24,000 bases of DNA, taken from Crassaminicella indica (GTDB taxonomy: Bacteria; Bacillota; Clostridia; Peptostreptococcales; Thermotaleaceae). The stretch's first letter is position 1, and the number at the start of each line of letters is the position of its first letter. The stretch lies in the NCBI RefSeq assembly GCF_019203185.1, contig NZ_CP078093.1, positions 1,437,058 to 1,461,057 of the forward strand, given 5' to 3'. The translations under genes and the position numbers were made by a program. The notes beneath the pieces were generated by a model that was given only the letters and a program-made list of their open reading frames with translations, was not told where the DNA came from and did no database searches. Shown here one piece after another: positions 16,994 to 24,000 of the stretch.

Positions 16994-17438
16994 ATTCTTG
17001 CTAAGAGTACGCGAAAAAATCGTGTCTTATCCTATAAAAGAATAGAAGCAATTAAATTAAAGAAAGCTTTCATTTAAATTTTGTCTGATCAGGACATTGC
17101 TTTTCTTTATTATTCTTTCTGATTATTTATTCTATCATTTGCTTATATTTAAAAATTTTACCTTGTATGAAAAGATCATAAAAATTGAATAAAAATTTTA
17201 TCCTGTAATCATTTTTGACTGTGCATACTGAATGTATGTGTGGTAGAGAAATGTTAATTTTTTACACCTCTATAAATGCAGAATATTACAAAAATTACAT
17301 CTATTTACAAAACAACATGAGGAAACACATGGATGTGTTGTTGTGTGCTAAATATATGGTTTCTTAATATTTATGAATAACTAGTGAATTGAAACGATAG
17401 TGCTGTAGAAATAAGAAGAATAGTAGGGAGGTTGTTAG

Positions 17439-18569
17439 ATGAAAGGAAATTTATTTAAAGAACTTAAATTTGCTGTTATCGGTGCAGGACATGGAGGACA
17501 AGGAATAGCTGGTTATTTAGCTTATAAGGGATATAAAGTTAATCTATATAATCGTAGCATTGAAAGAATTAAGAAGATTAAGCAAAGAGGGTATATTGAT
17601 CTTGTAGGAGATGTTGTTGGAAGAGGAATACTAAATTTAGTTACCAATAGTATTGAACAAGCTATAAAAAATGTAGATGTAATTATGGTTGTGTTACCTG
17701 CTAGTGCACACAAATTCATTGCAAACAATATTGCGCCTTTTGTAACAAAAGATCAATATATTGTCCTAAATCCCGGAAGAACAGGAGGCGCATTAGAGTT
17801 TAAGAGTATTATCGCACGGCATAATCCATTAAAGGAAGTTTGTATTGTGGAAGCACAAACACTTCTTTTTGCATGTAGAGCGTTAGAAGAAGGAAAGGTG
17901 AAAATATTCAGCAAAAAAGAAGAAGTAAAAGTTGCAGCCCTTCCAGCTGTAAGGAATCATGAATTCATCAATAAAATCAATGAAGTGTTTCCAGAATTTA
18001 CACCAGCTTCAAGCGTGCTAGAAACAAGCTTTAATAATGTAGGTGCTCTCCTTCATCCTATTCCAACAATTTTAAATTGTGCTAGGATTGAAAATACAAA
18101 AGGGGATTTTAGATATTATATAGATGGCATTACTCCTGCTGTAGCTAAAATTATTGAGCAGGTAGATGAAGAAAGAATTCAGGTGGCGAGAGCTTTAGGG
18201 GTTAAAGTTATGTCTTTAAAAGAATGGTTGGCATACACATATAATGCTTATGGAAATACCCTATGTGAAGCGTTAAAGAATGCAAAAGGATATTGGGGAA
18301 TTCAGGCACCTATGAGTTTGGATACTAGATATATTTATGAAGATGTACCTCAAAGCTTAGTTCCTATTTGGGATATGGCAAACCATCTAAGTTTGCAAAC
18401 TCCAACTATTCAAGCCATTGTTCACTTAGCATCTATTCTTCATAATACGGATTATTATAGAAGTGGCAGAAAAGTAATAGATATGGGACTAGAAGGATTA
18501 TCTATAAATGAAATACAGGCTTTCGTCATCGATGGTCAAGTATCAGATTCAAGAGGAGTGGTAGCGTAA
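17439..18569 (+). CDS. NAD(P)-dependent octopine/nopaline (opine) dehydrogenase family protein
   Basis: Rossmann motif VIGAGHGGQGIAGYL. The C-terminal helical-domain pattern is LLHPIPTILNCARIE...FRYYIDGITPAVAKIIEQVDEERIQVARALGV. RBS GGGAGG lies upstream. Confidence 0.85.
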   Translation: MKGNLFKELKFAVIGAGHGGQGIAGYLAYKGYKVNLYNRSIERIKKIKQRGYIDLVGDVVGRGILNLVTNSIEQAIKNVDVIMVVLPASAHKFIANNIAPFVTKDQYIVLNPGRTGGALEFKSIIARHNPLKEVCIVEAQTLLFACRALEEGKVKIFSKKEEVKVAALPAVRNHEFINKINEVFPEFTPASSVLETSFNNVGALLHPIPTILNCARIENTKGDFRYYIDGITPAVAKIIEQVDEERIQVARALGVKVMSLKEWLAYTYNAYGNTLCEALKNAKGYWGIQAPMSLDTRYIYEDVPQSLVPIWDMANHLSLQTPTIQAIVHLASILHNTDYYRSGRKVIDMGLEGLSINEIQAFVIDGQVSDSRGVVA

Positions 18570-20221
18570 TGAAAAAATATTTAGGAGCAGCAATTGGAAA
18601 TTGTGTACATGTAGGTGGTGTTGTAAACTTTTTAAGACTTGCAGAGGAAGAAGGAAATACTGTTGAATTTTTAGGAGCAGCAGTTAAAATAGAAAAATTG
18701 ATAGCTGCCATTATTAATATAAAGCCTGATGTGGTGAGTATAGGTTTTAGATTAACTCCTGATGCAGTAAGACCTTTACTTAATGAACTTAAAAAACATA
18801 TATATGAAAAAAATTTAAAAGATATAGAGTGGATTTTTGGTGGAACAAAACCTGTAGCAAAGATTGCAGAAGAATATGACTTTTTTTCTAAAATATTTGA
18901 TGGTACAGAGGATTTAGATGATGTCATCAATTATATAAGAGGAAGAAATTTAAAAGAAGCTTCAGGGAATGAACCTCAAAATATTGTTGAAAGAATAGCA
19001 TCTAAGTATCCATATCCAGTTATTAGGCATCATTTTGGTCTGCCATCCTTTGAAGAAACATATGAAGGGATAAAAAAGATTTCAGAGGCAAAGGTTTTAG
19101 ATGTGATTTCTATAGGGCCAGATCAAAATGCACAGGAAAACTTTTTTACACCAGAAAAAATGGATCATGATTTAGATGGAGCAGGTGGAGTACCATTAAG
19201 AAAAGTAGAAGACTTTAAAAAATTATATGAAGCTTCTCAAAGAGGCAATTACCCGCTATTAAGATGCTATAGTGGAACAGCGGAAGTTTTTCGGTTTGCA
19301 GAAATGCTGAAGGATACTATAAATAATGCATGGTGTGCTGTGCCTCTATGCTGGTACAATGTATTAGATGGAAGGGGTCAAAGAGAAGTTTTAGAATCTA
19401 TTACACAGAGCCAGCAGTTGATGAAGTGGCATGCAAAGAGAAATATTCCTATAGAGGTAAATGAAGCCCATCATTGGAGTTTAAGAGATGCTCATGATAC
19501 TATTGGTGTAGCTATGGCATATTTAGCAGCTTATAATGCAAAGAAAATGGGTGTCAAAAATTATATTGCTCAATATATGTTTAATGTACCTCCATCTATG
19601 TATCATAGTATGGACCTTGCTAAAATGCTTGCAAAAATAGAGATGATTGAATCATTAGAAGATGAGAACTTTAAAGCATATCGACAAGTAAGGGCAGGAC
19701 TTGCGAGCTTGAGTGCGGACTTAGATGTAGCAAAGGGGCAATTAGCAGCTTCTACCTATCTTGCTATGAGCATAAAACCTCATATTGTTCATGTAGTAGG
19801 CTTTAGTGAAGCAGATCATGCAGCAAAGCCTGAAGATGTAATTGAAAGCTGTAAAATTGTAAGAGGAGTTATAAGATCTACACTTCATGGAATGGCAGAT
19901 ATGACTAAGGATCAGGCTGTGAAGAATAGAAAAAATGAGCTAATAGAGGAAGCAAAAATTTTATTGAACACAATAAAATCTCTATATCCTGAAAGTAAAG
20001 ATCCTTGGAGTGATCCAAAGGTACTTACAGATGTTATCAAGAGGGGAATTATTGATGCACCACATTTAAGAGGAAATAAGAGTGCAAAGGGAACTTTAGA
20101 AACAAGGATCGTAAATGGAAAATGTATGGCTTACTCTAAAAGATTAGGAAGAGTCGTTTCTGAAAAGGAGAGAATTACTGAACTGTTGAATAATGAAATC
20201 GATAAAAGCTTTTCTGCATAA
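18569..20221 (+). CDS. Protein with an N-terminal B12-binding-like Rossmann domain fused to a large TIM-barrel-like domain; function unknown
   Basis: The first ~125 aa follow a glutamate mutase S / MtaC-like layout (GAAIGNCVHVGG ... PDVVSIGFRL ... IFGG), with C-x-H-x-x-G in place of D-x-H-x-x-G. Its start overlaps the upstream stop (TAATG). Confidence 0.6.
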   Translation: MKKYLGAAIGNCVHVGGVVNFLRLAEEEGNTVEFLGAAVKIEKLIAAIINIKPDVVSIGFRLTPDAVRPLLNELKKHIYEKNLKDIEWIFGGTKPVAKIAEEYDFFSKIFDGTEDLDDVINYIRGRNLKEASGNEPQNIVERIASKYPYPVIRHHFGLPSFEETYEGIKKISEAKVLDVISIGPDQNAQENFFTPEKMDHDLDGAGGVPLRKVEDFKKLYEASQRGNYPLLRCYSGTAEVFRFAEMLKDTINNAWCAVPLCWYNVLDGRGQREVLESITQSQQLMKWHAKRNIPIEVNEAHHWSLRDAHDTIGVAMAYLAAYNAKKMGVKNYIAQYMFNVPPSMYHSMDLAKMLAKIEMIESLEDENFKAYRQVRAGLASLSADLDVAKGQLAASTYLAMSIKPHIVHVVGFSEADHAAKPEDVIESCKIVRGVIRSTLHGMADMTKDQAVKNRKNELIEEAKILLNTIKSLYPESKDPWSDPKVLTDVIKRGIIDAPHLRGNKSAKGTLETRIVNGKCMAYSKRLGRVVSEKERITELLNNEIDKSFSA

Positions 20222-20248
20222 AAGGTAGTCGATCGACTACCTTATTTT
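20222..20248 (+). terminator. Rho-independent terminator
   Basis: Perfect 22-nt palindrome aaggtagtcgatcgactacctt followed by ATTTT. Confidence 0.75.
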
Positions 20249-20354
20249 AAATTAAAAAAATATATATAATCTTACACCATAATGTATTTGATAGCATAAT
20301 ATGTAATGAAATCATAAAACGATATGTACTAGCCTTTTGAATGGAGGGGGTAAA

Positions 20355-20915
20355 GTGGAGGAGGTTAATAGAGAAGAATTAATTTTAAAGGATTCAGAGA
20401 TGGAGCTAATAGATACAAATGCTTTAGAGCATATAGAAAAAAAATCTAATAAAAGCTTATCAGTTATGCTTGAAAAGCTTTTGCGCAATGACAAGATTCT
20501 GCCGATTCTATTCTATGCATGGATAAATAGGCAAGAGAAAAAAAGTATAGAACCTTATTGGACTGATCAACTAAAAAATATAGTAGAAAAGGCGGAAAAT
20601 CTATTAGAGGTTTTGTATGCATTAGATGATTATACAAAGGATGAAGAAAGGTATAATGGTACTTATAAGCAAAATAAACCAGTAGAGCTATTAGAAGTTA
20701 TCAGACCCCATGTATATGGTATTAGTAGACAAAAAATAGATCAAGCAATTGCAGTAAATGATTGCTTGAGCCGATTAAAGGAAAATAAAGGTGATTTAAT
20801 AGAAGTATTTGAAAATATTACAGATATATTGGAAATACTAGAAATAAAAAAAGGTACTGATATGAAAAAAACCTTAAATAAAGCAAAAGAGATCATACAA
20901 ATTATGAAAAGGTAA
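20355..20915 (+). CDS. Hypothetical protein (predicted helical, no recognised domain)
   Basis: ~186 aa with consistent coding character. GTG 20355 lies 4-5 nt after GGAGGGGG. The track's TTG at 20337 is upstream of that RBS. Confidence 0.55.
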   Translation: MEEVNREELILKDSEMELIDTNALEHIEKKSNKSLSVMLEKLLRNDKILPILFYAWINRQEKKSIEPYWTDQLKNIVEKAENLLEVLYALDDYTKDEERYNGTYKQNKPVELLEVIRPHVYGISRQKIDQAIAVNDCLSRLKENKGDLIEVFENITDILEILEIKKGTDMKKTLNKAKEIIQIMKR

Positions 20916-20916
20916 A

Positions 20917-20948
20917 AGTTTCTGCTCTGCAGGAACTTGTTTCTTTTT
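20917..20948 (+). terminator. Rho-independent terminator
   Basis: agtttctg / caggaact 8-bp stem with a 5-nt loop, then a T-rich tail. Confidence 0.5.
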
Positions 20949-21007
20949 GTAGCTTTTAGGGAATAATATATACATAGTTTAATGCTTGTATATTTTTAAA
21001 ATTTATA

Positions 21008-21036
21008 TTGACAAAATAAGAAAAATATACTAAAAT
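21008..21036 (+). promoter_or_regulatory. Sigma-A promoter of the HesB-like selenoprotein gene
   Basis: TTGACA (21008-21013), 17-nt spacer, TAAAAT (21031-21036). A 7-bp GC-rich 5' hairpin (21044-21062) and RBS AGGAGG (21071-21076) follow. Confidence 0.65.
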
Positions 21037-21083
21037 GTAAGCAACCCCCTATGGGAGGGGGTAAATAAAAAGGAGGTTTGTCT

Positions 21084-21389
21084 ATGTATATAAATGTTTC
21101 AGATAAAGCAAAGGAAATGATTACAAAGCAATTAAAAGAGAAGGAACAAGAAAGTGCCTTTTTAAGAATATTTATCAAGGGCTTTGGTTGAGGTGGTCCA
21201 ACATTTGGAATAGCCCTGGAAGGGTCAAAAGATGATGAAAAAGATTACCTTGAAGAAGTAAATGGATTAAAGATCATAGTAGAAAAAGATTTATTAAATC
21301 AGTTTAAAAATTTTCAAATAGATTATTCTGATGGATGGTTCTCTAAAGGATTTAGAATTATTGCAGGAGCAGGAGGTTCATCTTGCTAA
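21084..21389 (+). CDS. HesB/IscA-like selenoprotein, with Sec encoded by in-frame TGA at 21189-21191
   Basis: ATG lies 7 nt after AGGAGG. Reading through the TGA gives a 101-aa product: MYINVSDKAKEMITKQLKEKEQESAFLRIFIKGFG-U-GGPTFGIALEGSKDDEKDYLEEVNGLKIIVEKDLLNQFKNFQIDYSDGWFSKGFRIIAGAGGSSC. The G-F-G-U-G-G position corresponds to the conserved Cys of HesB-like proteins (the TIGR01911 family contains Sec members). Confidence 0.8.
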
Positions 21390-21452
21390 AAAATCCAAGA
21401 GGAGCATTATACTAGGATAATTGTTTTAGTTTTACAGCAAGGAGTTGAGACA

Positions 21453-21944
21453 ATGGCCGCAAAAAAATCACATCAATCATGGTCATGGATTTTAATGGTG
21501 CTATTCATCACACTATCTATTGTAGATATACGTTTTGGATTATTAGGATTTATCTGTATGGGTGCTCCTATTTATCATGCTTTACGAGGAGAAGGAAAAA
21601 TTCATTGTTCTAAATATTGTCCAAGAGGTTCTATATTAGGTAAATTTCTTCAATATATAAGCTTAAACAATAATTTGCCAAAAGCTTTTAGAGGAAAAAA
21701 TGCGAAGAATATATTATTAACGATTATGATGGTTATGTTTGGTATATCTTTATATCATGCATTTTATCAACCTAATGTGCTAAGAGCAGTAGCTTTTGCT
21801 GTTTTTAGATTGATGATGGCATCATTCATATTAGGGATTATAATGGGAGTTATTTTCAAGCCACGCAGTTGGTGTCAAGTATGTCCTATGGGTCATGCAA
21901 CAGGGCTAATAAAAGAAAGTCAGGATAAAAAAGCGAAAAAATAA
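21453..21944 (+). CDS. Membrane protein with two CxxCP-type motifs (4Fe-4S-binding, Fer4_5-like)
   Basis: 163 aa and multi-TM. Cysteine motifs are HCSKYCPRG and SWCQVCPMG. RBS AAGGAG lies 8 nt upstream. Confidence 0.6.
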   Translation: MAAKKSHQSWSWILMVLFITLSIVDIRFGLLGFICMGAPIYHALRGEGKIHCSKYCPRGSILGKFLQYISLNNNLPKAFRGKNAKNILLTIMMVMFGISLYHAFYQPNVLRAVAFAVFRLMMASFILGIIMGVIFKPRSWCQVCPMGHATGLIKESQDKKAKK

Positions 21945-22040
21945 ATAAAAAATTGAATCAGTTGCTTGATTTTGTGTGTAAAGCAGTAGTATAGTGGGTA
22001 TAGAATGATTGAGTATTTCAAAAATAAGGAGGAGTTTTAT

Positions 22041-22271
22041 ATGAGTAAAAATGTAGTAGTATATTCAAGTAATACATGTATATACTGTAAGGAAGCAAAG
22101 GATTATTTAAAATCATTAGGAGTGGAATATACAGAAAAAAATGTTTCTACAGATATGGCAGCTAGAAAGGAATTGATCAAAAAAGGATTCATGGGCGTGC
22201 CAGTAATTATGGTAGATGATGAAGTAATTCAAGGATTTGATAAAGACAAAATAGATGAATTATTAAAATAG
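22041..22271 (+). CDS. Glutaredoxin-like protein, YruB/NrdH type
   Basis: 76 aa from the ATG after AAGGAGGAG. Motifs [19 protein letters not shown] (CxxC active site) and [16 protein letters not shown]. Confidence 0.85.
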   Translation: MSKNVVVYSSNTCIYCKEAKDYLKSLGVEYTEKNVSTDMAARKELIKKGFMGVPVIMVDDEVIQGFDKDKIDELLK

Positions 22272-22276
22272 TGTAT

Positions 22277-22315
22277 TAAAAACGTGCTGTGACGAAAAGT
22301 CGCAGCACGTTTTTA
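22277..22315 (+). terminator. Rho-independent terminator
   Basis: acgtgctgtgac / gtcgcagcacgt 12-bp stem with loop GAAAA, then TTTT. It lies inside the 5' part of the track ORF 22317-, which argues for a later start of that gene. Confidence 0.8.
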
Positions 22316-22403
22316 GTTGTTTAAAATAAAATTTTGTTTAAAATCTAGTGAAATTGCTAACAATTATATAGGAGATGAAGGAATAGAAAATAGAAAGGAT
22401 CAG

Positions 22404-23414
22404 ATGCGTATGAAAATTGGCATACCTAGGGGATTGTTCTATTACTATTATTATCCTCTTTGGACAAAATTTTTTGAAACATTAGGAGCAGAAGTTATTG
22501 TATCTGGAAAAACCAACAAGCAGATTATAGATAGTGGTGTGCAGCATACAGTAGATGATGCATGTCTTCCTGTAAAGATATACCATGGTCATGTAATGGA
22601 TTTGAAGGACAAGGTTGATCTTATATTTGTACCCAAAATTATGAGTATTTATAAAGGTGAATATATTTGTCCTAAATTTTGTGGGCTACCAGAAATGATC
22701 AAAAGTTCATTAAAGGATTTACCGCCTATTATAGATACAACTATTGATTTTCATAAATCCAAAAAAAAATTATTGAAAACTGTATATGAGATAGGAAAAT
22801 ATGTTACGCATGATAAAAATAAAATTCATTTTGCATTTGAACAATCGCTCAAGCAGCATAAAGCTTATATGGATTATATGAAAAAAGGGATACTACCTAC
22901 AGATATTGATGGTAGCAAAAGGCTTCAGTGTATTCATTCGTGTAAAAATAAGAAGAAAATCCTTCTTTTAGGACACCCCTATAATATATATGATGCATAT
23001 CTTAGTATGAATATCATAGAAAAATTAAGAAAAAATCATCTTCATGTGATGACGCAGGATACTTTTGATACTAGGATTATTAATGAAAAGGCAGCAACAA
23101 TGGATAAGAAGATGTTTTGGAGCTTTGGAAGAAAAGTATTAGGAGCAGCTCTTTATGCTATGGAACAAAAAGATATTCAGGGGATTATTTATCTATCAAG
23201 CTTTGGATGTGGTATAGATTCTGTTATAGCAGATATTATTGAAAGAAGAACAAGGAGAAATGCTGATAAACCATTTATTTTGCTCACATTAGATGAGCAT
23301 ACAGGGGAAGCTGGAATAGATACAAGAATAGAAGCATTTGTAGACATGATTCAATGGAGGGAAAAAAATGAAAATTACATTTCCACACATGGGAAATATG
23401 TATCTACCAATTAA
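22404..23414 (+). CDS. Acyl-CoA dehydratase activase-related protein (DUF2229 family)
   Basis: The N-terminus MRMKIGIPRGLFYYYYYPLWTKFFETLGAEVIVSG is typical of DUF2229 proteins. I moved the start downstream of the terminator. ATG 22410 is an alternative start. Confidence 0.75.
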   Translation: MRMKIGIPRGLFYYYYYPLWTKFFETLGAEVIVSGKTNKQIIDSGVQHTVDDACLPVKIYHGHVMDLKDKVDLIFVPKIMSIYKGEYICPKFCGLPEMIKSSLKDLPPIIDTTIDFHKSKKKLLKTVYEIGKYVTHDKNKIHFAFEQSLKQHKAYMDYMKKGILPTDIDGSKRLQCIHSCKNKKKILLLGHPYNIYDAYLSMNIIEKLRKNHLHVMTQDTFDTRIINEKAATMDKKMFWSFGRKVLGAALYAMEQKDIQGIIYLSSFGCGIDSVIADIIERRTRRNADKPFILLTLDEHTGEAGIDTRIEAFVDMIQWREKNENYISTHGKYVSTN

Positions 23415-24000
23415 AGCTATGTTTGATGATTTGGGAGTAGAGGTTGTTGTACCTCCTAAAAATAGTAAAAAAACATTAGAAATTGGTACTAAATATTCAC
23501 CTGAGCTTATTTGCTTGCCTATGAAGATCAATTTAGGAAATTATGTAGAAAGTATAGAAAAAGGTGCAGATACTATTGTAGTGACAGGAAGCTGTGGACC
23601 TTGCAGATTTGGTTATTTTGCAGAGGTAGAAAAGGAGATTTTAAAGGATTTAGGTTATGATGTGGAATTTGTAGTATTAGAAGCACCTGATGGAGACATA
23701 AAGGAATTTTATAACCGAATTAGCAAAATTGCTAATACAAAAAATATGATAAAAATTGCAAAGGCATTAAAGGGTGGTATAAGTGTACTAAAGAAAATTG
23801 ATAAGCTTGAAGAGCAAGTACTAAAATTAAGACCTTACGAAAAAAATAAAGGAGATATAGATAAAGTTTATAAGAAACTTATAAGCAATCTTGAAAATAT
23901 TACTGGAGCTCAAAAAATGCTCCAATTGATCAGTCAAGCTCAAAGAGATATAGAAAAAATACCTCTTGATTATAACAGAGATGTTCTAAAGGTTGGGTTA
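23368..24000 (+). CDS. Second DUF2229 / 2-hydroxyacyl-CoA-dehydratase-like subunit, 3'-partial (runs off the window)
   Basis: ATG 23368 follows GGAGGG. The 211 open codons to the window end begin MKITFPHMGNMYLPIKAMFDDLGVEVVVPPKNSKKTLEIGTKYSPELICLPMK...GSCGPCRFGYF. It overlaps the upstream gene by 47 nt. It is absent from the track because no stop is reached. Confidence 0.75.
   Translation, partial: MKITFPHMGNMYLPIKAMFDDLGVEVVVPPKNSKKTLEIGTKYSPELICLPMKINLGNYVESIEKGADTIVVTGSCGPCRFGYFAEVEKEILKDLGYDVEFVVLEAPDGDIKEFYNRISKIANTKNMIKIAKALKGGISVLKKIDKLEEQVLKLRPYEKNKGDIDKVYKKLISNLENITGAQKMLQLISQAQRDIEKIPLDYNRDVLKVGL

Noticed and set aside
16916-17438. Cobalamin riboswitch upstream of the B12-binding-like gene pair
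   Set aside because: No B12 box (GCCACTG-like) or other conserved cobalamin riboswitch core was visible in the 520-nt leader.
21051-21068. Five-codon mini-ORF (MGGGK) in the selenoprotein leader
   Set aside because: It lies within the 5' hairpin with no RBS. It is more plausibly just the G-rich arm of the stem.
20996-21178. 60-aa minus-strand ORF listed in the track
   Set aside because: It overlaps the promoter, RBS and first 32 codons of the far better supported plus-strand selenoprotein gene, and it has no RBS.
1-24000. CRISPR arrays, tRNA/rRNA genes, and prophage or defence-system gene sets (RT, Cas, CBASS-like, TA pairs)
   Set aside because: I saw no regularly spaced short repeats, no cloverleaf or rRNA-like conserved sequence, and no signature motifs of these protein families in any reported frame.

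Overview
AT-rich, low-GC Firmicutes (Clostridia-like) chromosomal segment, with most genes on the + strand. Core content: galE; an Hsp20 gene with a perfect CtsR operator; a DUF134 regulator; a glycerate-utilisation unit (GntP permease, glycerate kinase, CdaR regulator); an L,D-transpeptidase and an Amidase_6 protein; a soluble MCP with a C-terminal CZB zinc domain; a COG2509 FAD protein; a translationally coupled pair of an opine-dehydrogenase-family protein and a B12-binding-like TIM-barrel protein; and the start of a DUF2229 (acyl-CoA dehydratase activase-related) cluster. The main hidden feature is a HesB-like selenoprotein gene (21084-21389) with an in-frame TGA. The ORF track misses it. 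It sits in a small redox cluster with a CxxCP membrane protein and a YruB-type glutaredoxin. Region 6.5-11 kb is a rearranged accessory mosaic. It holds three CPBP/Abi-type genes or fragments, a 5'-truncated TnpB with its omega-RNA module, a ~420-bp near-identical direct repeat bracketing a hypothetical gene, a remnant of a bPH gene, a TIR-flanked ~210-bp element, a ~178-bp imperfect palindrome and a recurring ~22-nt motif. A second omega-RNA-like right end lies at the window start. No rRNA, tRNA or CRISPR array was seen. All homology calls rest on motif recognition by eye and no searches were run.
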